From NCBI GenBank assembly GCA_051747065.1, contig JBNJFT010000002.1, positions 1 to 45,826 on the forward strand: a DNA stretch of 45,826 bases, written 5' to 3'. This document shows positions 40,219 through 45,826 of the stretch, in pieces. The position numbers and the translations under genes are program-made. Each line of letters opens with the position of its first letter. The first letter of the stretch is position 1. Source of the stretch: Bacteroidota bacterium. Its GTDB lineage: Bacteria; Bacteroidota; Bacteroidia; Bacteroidales; UBA12077. Under the pieces are notes generated by a model, which made no database searches, had not been told where the DNA came from, and was given only the letters and a program-made list of their open reading frames with translations.

Positions 40219-40884
40219 ATGATTGCAAAAGATCTCATATCAAATGAAATACCTCCGGTCAAGACTTCTGATACGGGCCTGGAGGCCTTAAACTGGATGA
40301 TGTTTTTTAAGGTTTCTCATCTTCCTATTGTTAATAATGAAGAGTTTTTGGGGTTGCTTTGTGAAGATGATATATATAATCTGAACAACCCGGATGATGT
40401 GATAGGAGATCATAAGTTGTCTCTTTTTATGGCTTTTGCCAATCAAAATCAACATATTTATGAGGCCTTAGAAATAGCAGCAAGACTAAAACTATCTGTA
40501 ATTCCGGTAGTTAATGATTCTCAATTGTTTCTTGGTGTAATAAAAATGGTAGATTTGTTGCATGAATTTGCAAAATATTCAGCTATTGAAAGACCAGGGG
40601 GCATAATTGTGCTTGAAGTACACGAAAATGATTATTCTCCCAGTGAAATAGCTCAAATTGTGGAATCAAATGATGCAAAAATTTTAAGCCTTTATATTGC
40701 TTCTTTGCCCGATTCGGCCAGAATGGAAGTTACAATAAAAGTTAATGTTTCTGATCTATCTTCCATCATTCAGACATTTAACCGGTTCGAATACGAGGTG
40801 AAAGCTTCATATCTGGAAGTAGATAAACAGGATGATTTGTATAACTCCAGGTATGATTTGTTAATGAGATATTTGAGTACATAA
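40219..40884 (+). CDS. CBS domain-containing protein
   Basis: Tandem CBS-like modules (...VSHLPIVNNEEFLGLL..DI...; ...LSVIPVVNDSQLFLGVIKMVDLL) plus a C-terminal ACT-like segment. Confidence 0.7.
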   Translation: MIAKDLISNEIPPVKTSDTGLEALNWMMFFKVSHLPIVNNEEFLGLLCEDDIYNLNNPDDVIGDHKLSLFMAFANQNQHIYEALEIAARLKLSVIPVVNDSQLFLGVIKMVDLLHEFAKYSAIERPGGIIVLEVHENDYSPSEIAQIVESNDAKILSLYIASLPDSARMEVTIKVNVSDLSSIIQTFNRFEYEVKASYLEVDKQDDLYNSRYDLLMRYLST

Positions 40885-40971
40885 ATTTATTATTCAGAAT
40901 AGAGACAAATGCATTTTTAATGGCAGTTCCTTCCGGGAAATAAGTGTTTTATAAAAATATAGAAAAATCAG

Positions 40972-41850
40972 ATGAAAGTAGCCCTTTACGCAAGACATAT
41001 TGAGAAAAATCTATTACCTAAGTTAAAAGAGTTTTGTTATACTCTCTCTCAATATGGATTTGACATTTATATTTTTAGTGATCTATTAAATTATTTAGAA
41101 AACGAATTTAACTATACCCCTCCTTATCATGGATATTTTCAAAATTATAAAGATTTAGATCCGAAAATCAATTTTCTTATCAGTGTTGGAGGTGATGGTA
41201 CTTTTTTGGATACTTTATCTATAGTGCGTGATTCTACAATACCGGTAATTGGAATTAATTTTGGCAAACTTGGTTTTCTGGCAAGTATTTCACAAGAAAA
41301 TATTTTTGCTGCTGTGGAGGCCCTCTATAAAGGCAATTACAGCATTGAAAAAAGAACGTTGCTTCAGCTAAATCCAGATGATCAGCTATTTGGTGATTTT
41401 AATTTTGCCCTGAATGATATTTCAATTCAGAAAAAGGATTCAGAGATGATTACAGTGCATGTCTATATTGATAATGAATATTTGAATACGTATTGGGCAG
41501 ATGGATTGATAGTTTCTACCCCTACAGGATCAACTGCTTATTCTTTGAGTGTAGGCGGGCCTATTGTTACACCGGATTCAAACAATTTTATTATTTCACC
41601 AATTTCACCACATAATCTTACCGTTCGTCCTATTGTTATTCCCGATGAAGGAAAAATAACACTGATCCCGGCGGGGAGATGTTCTCAATACCTGATTTCA
41701 ATGGATCATCACTCAAAAATTGTCGATAAATCATATACATTTCAAATTGAAAAAGCCGAATTTCCAATGCATGTGCTGCGTTTAGAAGCTTCGGATTATT
41801 ACAGCACTCTAAGAAATAAGTTAATGTGGGGAATGGATCGGCGAAATTGA
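40972..41850 (+). CDS. nadK: NAD(+) kinase
   Basis: GGDGTFL motif, NDISI and STPTGSTAYSLS.GGPIV motifs; 292 aa. Confidence 0.93.
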   Translation: MKVALYARHIEKNLLPKLKEFCYTLSQYGFDIYIFSDLLNYLENEFNYTPPYHGYFQNYKDLDPKINFLISVGGDGTFLDTLSIVRDSTIPVIGINFGKLGFLASISQENIFAAVEALYKGNYSIEKRTLLQLNPDDQLFGDFNFALNDISIQKKDSEMITVHVYIDNEYLNTYWADGLIVSTPTGSTAYSLSVGGPIVTPDSNNFIISPISPHNLTVRPIVIPDEGKITLIPAGRCSQYLISMDHHSKIVDKSYTFQIEKAEFPMHVLRLEASDYYSTLRNKLMWGMDRRN

Positions 41851-41906
41851 GTTTGGCAACAAAAAATATTGTTTGTAAATTTAAAAGAATTCTTAAACCA
41901 TTTATA

Positions 41907-41914
41907 TAGTTTTG
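41907..41914 (+). promoter_or_regulatory. Candidate -7 promoter box for the beta-barrel/uppS/bamA gene string
   Basis: TAGTTTTG lies 33 nt upstream of the ATG at 41947. Confidence 0.3.
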
Positions 41915-41946
41915 TGTAACATAAATGTTTAAATTTGATTTCAAAG

Positions 41947-42702
41947 ATGAAGAAAAAGAAATTCAAATATTGTCTTATCCTGATTTTAATCGTACTTCCT
42001 TTGCTGTCATTTTCTCAAAGGTGGAAATTTCAGAGAATGGAAGCAACAGCAGGAATAGGAAGTTCACACTTTTTTGGTGATATTGGAGGAACAGCCGATG
42101 AAAATAATCTATTAGGGCTAAAAGATATTTCAGTTAAATACACACGCCCAAATTTAAATTTTGGAGGAAGGTACCGAATAACTGAAGAGCTGAATGCGAA
42201 AGCTAATTTGATTTTTGGATATTTAGAAGCCTCTGACGAAAACTCCAGAAATGAATCTCGTAATTACGCTTTTAGTTCTTCTGTTTTTGAATTTAGTGGA
42301 CAAGTGGAATATAATATTATCCCAGAAAAACGTCCCAGAACTTATTCGGTTATGTCTTTAAGGGATGGATTGAGAACATTTGATCGTACCCTTAACACTT
42401 ATGTATTCGCCGGGCTCGGAGGTATTTATTTTAATCCTAAACCTTTAGCCGACCTGGAAGATAGCGGGCGTTTTTCAGATGATAAACATTTTGGGTTTAT
42501 TATTCCTTTTGGTGTCGGAGTAAAATATCCTTTAAACAGCAAACTTCATGTTGGTTTTGAATTGGGAGCAAGATGGTCTGCCACGGATTATATAGATGGT
42601 CTAACCACTCAGTATTCAGAATATAACGACGTATACTATTTTACACTACTCAACGTTATTCTTAAAATTGATACCTCAAAACGGGGTGCATTTAATTTTT
42701 GA
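41947..42702 (+). CDS. Outer-membrane beta-barrel protein (DUF6089-like), paralogue 1
   Basis: Signal peptide (MKKKKFKYCLILILIVLPLLSFS) and alternating amphipathic strands, including FGDIGG, GLGGIYFNPK and PFGVGVKY. The C-terminus ends in an aromatic residue (AFNF). I prefer the ATG at 41947 to the TTG at 41935 used in the track. Confidence 0.65.
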   Translation: MKKKKFKYCLILILIVLPLLSFSQRWKFQRMEATAGIGSSHFFGDIGGTADENNLLGLKDISVKYTRPNLNFGGRYRITEELNAKANLIFGYLEASDENSRNESRNYAFSSSVFEFSGQVEYNIIPEKRPRTYSVMSLRDGLRTFDRTLNTYVFAGLGGIYFNPKPLADLEDSGRFSDDKHFGFIIPFGVGVKYPLNSKLHVGFELGARWSATDYIDGLTTQYSEYNDVYYFTLLNVILKIDTSKRGAFNF

Positions 42703-42716
42703 TTTTTTGATTTCTT

Positions 42717-43379
42717 ATGAAGAAGGCTTTTTTGAGTGGGTTAATTTTAAACCTTATTGTTATTTCAGGTTTTTCCCAGGATATTATATCTGTAGGAATG
42801 GGAGGGGGGACCTCAAATTATTTAGGAGATTATAACAAAACAAATCCGTTTTATGCTCCTTCACCAAGCTACGGAGGCATTATAAAAAATGACTTTGGGT
42901 TACGAACCTCTATGAGGTTTTCTTTATTTTATGAAAATTTACGTGGATCTACTTCCGATTTCATCTATTTAAATACTAAGCCAGAACAGTCCTTCAATAA
43001 GTCTTTTGTGGATATGTCCATAGCTTTGGAATATAATTTCTTGCCCTACGAAATGTATAACGTTAAAAAAGATAATTTTTCTCCGTTTGTCTTCGCGGGT
43101 GTCGGAATGAATTATTTTTTTAATTCTGAAAAAAACAAATTTCCATTTACAATTCCTTTTGGATTGGGAATTAAATATAATATCTTTGAGCGCTTTTCTA
43201 TAGGAATTGAATGGAGTGCCAGGAAGTTGTTTACAGATACTATGGATGGAGTATTGACAGTTTATGATTCTGAAAATAAACCGATAATCCACAACAATGA
43301 TTGGTATCATATGACTTTTGTGTTTTTTACATTCAAACCTTTTAGGGAAAAAATAGAATGTCCGGCATACGATGATTAA
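42717..43379 (+). CDS. Outer-membrane beta-barrel protein (DUF6089-like), paralogue 2
   Basis: Signal peptide, with the same motif order as paralogue 1 (YLGDYN, AGVGMNYFF, PFGLGIKY, EWSARK.FTD..DG). Confidence 0.65.
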   Translation: MKKAFLSGLILNLIVISGFSQDIISVGMGGGTSNYLGDYNKTNPFYAPSPSYGGIIKNDFGLRTSMRFSLFYENLRGSTSDFIYLNTKPEQSFNKSFVDMSIALEYNFLPYEMYNVKKDNFSPFVFAGVGMNYFFNSEKNKFPFTIPFGLGIKYNIFERFSIGIEWSARKLFTDTMDGVLTVYDSENKPIIHNNDWYHMTFVFFTFKPFREKIECPAYDD

Positions 43380-43390
43380 GAAGAGTGAAT

Positions 43391-44167
43391 ATGGGTAGAA
43401 AAGAAGACATTAGAATGGATAGGTTGCCAGGCCATGTCGCAATAATAATGGATGGTAACGGACGATGGGCAAAAAAAAGAGGCAATCGTAGAATTTTTGG
43501 CCATCAAAACGGGGTGAAGTCTGTAAGAGAAACTGTTGAAGCCTCAGCTGAATTGGGCATTAACTACTTGACTCTTTATGCTTTTTCCCGGGAGAACTGG
43601 AGTCGTCCAGAAAATGAGATTAATGCTTTAATGAATCTCTTAGTAAGCACAATTGATAAAGAATTGGACACGTTGTTGAAAAATGATATAAAGCTTCTTA
43701 CAATAGGTGATTTAGAAGGTTTGCCACAAAAGGTGCAGGAAAAAATTCAGGAAATTAAGAACAAAACAGAACATAATAAACGACTTAATCTCGTGCTTGC
43801 TTTGAATTACAGTGCACGCTGGGAGCTTATGAATGCGATGAGTAAATTCGGAAAAGACATCCAACAAAATAGAGTCTCGGCAGACGTTGATATTACTAAA
43901 TTTAGAAAATATATTACTACCGGAACAATTCCCGATCCTGATTTATTAATTAGAACAAGCGGTGAATTTAGATTGAGTAATTTTTTGCTTTGGCAAATTG
44001 CTTATACTGAATTATATTTCACCGAAATTTTATGGCCTGATTTTAGAAAAGATAATTTTTATGATGCAATACTTGATTACCAGAAAAGAGAACGCCGTTT
44101 TGGAAAAACCAGTGATCAACTCGATATTCAAAATCCAACGAAAAATGATACCCCACAACATGGTTAA
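43391..44167 (+). CDS. uppS: Isoprenyl transferase / undecaprenyl-diphosphate synthase
   Basis: HVAIIMDGNGRWA, YLTLYAFS.ENW.RP, DLLIRTSGE.R.SNFLLWQ.AY.E and RRFG motifs. The start could be the ATG at 43391 or the GTG at 43385. Confidence 0.93.
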   Translation: MGRKEDIRMDRLPGHVAIIMDGNGRWAKKRGNRRIFGHQNGVKSVRETVEASAELGINYLTLYAFSRENWSRPENEINALMNLLVSTIDKELDTLLKNDIKLLTIGDLEGLPQKVQEKIQEIKNKTEHNKRLNLVLALNYSARWELMNAMSKFGKDIQQNRVSADVDITKFRKYITTGTIPDPDLLIRTSGEFRLSNFLLWQIAYTELYFTEILWPDFRKDNFYDAILDYQKRERRFGKTSDQLDIQNPTKNDTPQHG

Positions 44168-45826
44168 AAAGAGCTTAACTATTTTCTTAATCTTATTCAC
44201 GACACAAATTTTTGCTCAAACCGAATCACCTGAGGTGATAGATTACTCCACATCAGAGGAGTATTATATCCAGGATATTCAGGTTACCGGCATAAAACAT
44301 TTAGATAAGGAAATTCTGTCAAATCTTTCAGGATTGAGAGTCGGTAGGAGGATTACTATTCCAGGTGAGGAAATTACTAAGGCTATTAATAATTTGTGGT
44401 CTCAAGGATTATTTTCAGATGTGAAGATATATGCCCAGGAATTTAAAGGCGATTCGGTTACTTTAAATTTGGACTTACAGGAATTACCCCGGCTCTCGGA
44501 ATTTGAAATTAAAGGAATAAAAAAGTCTCACATTAAGGATATAAAGGAAGATTTAAAGTTAGAGCAGGGAAATCAATTAACAGATAATGTAGTTAATAAC
44601 ATTGAGGAAACCATTAAGGATTATTATTACGATAAAAAATATCTTAATACTGAAGTGGATATTAGGAAAGTAGACGATACTACACGTGCGAACAGAGTCA
44701 GGTTAATAGCTGATGTAAAAACAAATGATAAGGTAAAAATTAAGGATATCGTATTTGAAGGGAATGAAATCTTTAATGACAGGGAACTCCGAAGGGCTAT
44801 GGAGCATACACATAAAAAGAATTTGAATATTTTTAAAGGTTCAAAATTTATTCCCGAAAAATATGAAGAGGATAAAAAGAATATTATTGAAAAGTACAAA
44901 ACAAATGGGTACAGAGATGCAAAGATTCTTGATGATACAGTGTATGATGTAAGTGATAGAAGAATTATGATTCGGATGGAAGTACAGGAAGGCGATCAAT
45001 ATTTTTTCCGCGATATTAAATGGTCTGGAAACACAAAATATCCGGCTCAGGTTTTAAATAATTCATTGAAGATTGAGAAAGGAGATCCTTTTGACGAGGA
45101 ACTTCTCAATGAGCGGATTAATATGGCTGAAGATGCAGTTGGAAATCTTTATCTCGACCGAGGATATTTGTTTTTTAATGCTCAACCGGTAATTACTAAT
45201 GTTGAGAAAGACTCTATCGATATCCAGATAAGGTTAAACGAAGGCAAGCAGGCTGAACTGAATCGGGTGATTATTAATGGGAATACCATAACACACGAAG
45301 AGGTTGTCAGAAGAGAACTCAGAACAAAACCAGGAGATTTATTTAGCAAAACTTCTATCCAGCGTTCACAAAGAGAATTAGCTCAATTAGGACACTTTGA
45401 TCCTGAACAAATGGGTATTGAGCCAATAAATATTAATCAATCTCGTGGGGAAGTCGATCTGGAATATTCTGTTGTTGAAAAGCCAAACAATCAGCTTGAA
45501 ATCTCAGGCGGTTGGGGTGCTGGTATGTTAGTTGGAACAATTGGTGTGAAATTCAATAATTTTTCCGTGGGCAGGGTTTTTGAAAAAGATGCCTGGAAGC
45601 CTGTTCCTACTGGCGATGGTCAATCCCTGTCAATTCGGGCAAGGACAAATGGACGATATTATAGTAATTATAGTATCTCCTTTACTGAGCCTTGGCTTGG
45701 CGGAGAAAAACCCAATAGGTTATCTGTTTCATTATATCACTCTTCAAGAACAAATGCGTCATATTTTTATCAGTCCGGAGATAAATCCTTTAATATGTCA
45801 GGAGCTTCAGTTAGCCTCCAGAGGAG
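44160..45826 (+). CDS. bamA: Outer membrane protein assembly factor BamA (5' part; continues beyond the window)
   Basis: I translated this frame by hand; it is open from the ATG at 44160 to the window end and absent from the track because it has no stop. It has a signal peptide (MVKKSLTIFLILFTTQIFA), repeated POTRA-like modules, the POTRA5 hallmark GNTITHEEVVRRELRTKPGDLFS and the start of the barrel. Its start overlaps the uppS stop (ATGGTTAA). Confidence 0.9.
   Translation, partial: MVKKSLTIFLILFTTQIFAQTESPEVIDYSTSEEYYIQDIQVTGIKHLDKEILSNLSGLRVGRRITIPGEEITKAINNLWSQGLFSDVKIYAQEFKGDSVTLNLDLQELPRLSEFEIKGIKKSHIKDIKEDLKLEQGNQLTDNVVNNIEETIKDYYYDKKYLNTEVDIRKVDDTTRANRVRLIADVKTNDKVKIKDIVFEGNEIFNDRELRRAMEHTHKKNLNIFKGSKFIPEKYEEDKKNIIEKYKTNGYRDAKILDDTVYDVSDRRIMIRMEVQEGDQYFFRDIKWSGNTKYPAQVLNNSLKIEKGDPFDEELLNERINMAEDAVGNLYLDRGYLFFNAQPVITNVEKDSIDIQIRLNEGKQAELNRVIINGNTITHEEVVRRELRTKPGDLFSKTSIQRSQRELAQLGHFDPEQMGIEPININQSRGEVDLEYSVVEKPNNQLEISGGWGAGMLVGTIGVKFNNFSVGRVFEKDAWKPVPTGDGQSLSIRARTNGRYYSNYSISFTEPWLGGEKPNRLSVSLYHSSRTNASYFYQSGDKSFNMSGASVSLQR

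Noticed and set aside
41636-41944. 102-aa minus-strand ORF overlapping the end of nadK and the following gap
   Set aside because: Most of it is antisense to the conserved nadK C-terminus, and I recognised no motifs. The gap itself carries a plus-strand promoter-like box.
44627-44899. 90-aa minus-strand ORF
   Set aside because: It lies inside the bamA reading frame (POTRA region) on the opposite strand. It is a shadow ORF.

Overview
AT-rich Bacteroidota chromosome from a gliding-motility lineage (Flavobacteriia/Cytophagia-like). Almost the whole window is core housekeeping. Minus-strand block 319-5868: an HNH/NUMOD4 homing-endonuclease-like gene, then mutY-ssb-gldE-gldD-PPTase-GGGPS read right to left. 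Plus-strand block 6013-10286: HU, a 30-aa bS22-like micro-ORF missed by the ORF track, RNase G and DsbD. A roughly 0.8-kb ORF-free spacer follows. The fused str-S10-spc-alpha ribosomal superoperon runs uninterrupted from rpsL to rplQ (11154-29108). It includes rpmD and rpmJ, which are too short for the ORF track. Downstream are eno, a convergent pair of unusual signalling proteins (a periplasmic propeller sensor fused to a PP2C phosphatase, and a hybrid histidine kinase with a degenerate ATP-binding domain), a secreted hypothetical protein, udk, a PolB-exonuclease-like gene, a YbfF-like esterase, pdxJ, a CBS protein, nadK, two tandem beta-barrel paralogues, uppS and the 5' part of bamA (runs off the window, absent from the ORF track). 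I found no tRNA, rRNA, CRISPR array, transposase, integrase or recognisable defence cassette. I see no convincing novel multi-gene system. The best second-look items are the gldE-gldD-PPTase-GGGPS operon-like packing, the propeller-PP2C and pseudo-kinase pair, the long non-coding spacer before rpsL, the bS22-like micro-ORF, and two canonical Shine-Dalgarno sequences in an otherwise SD-poor gene set. All family calls come from motif recognition by eye, not from database searches.
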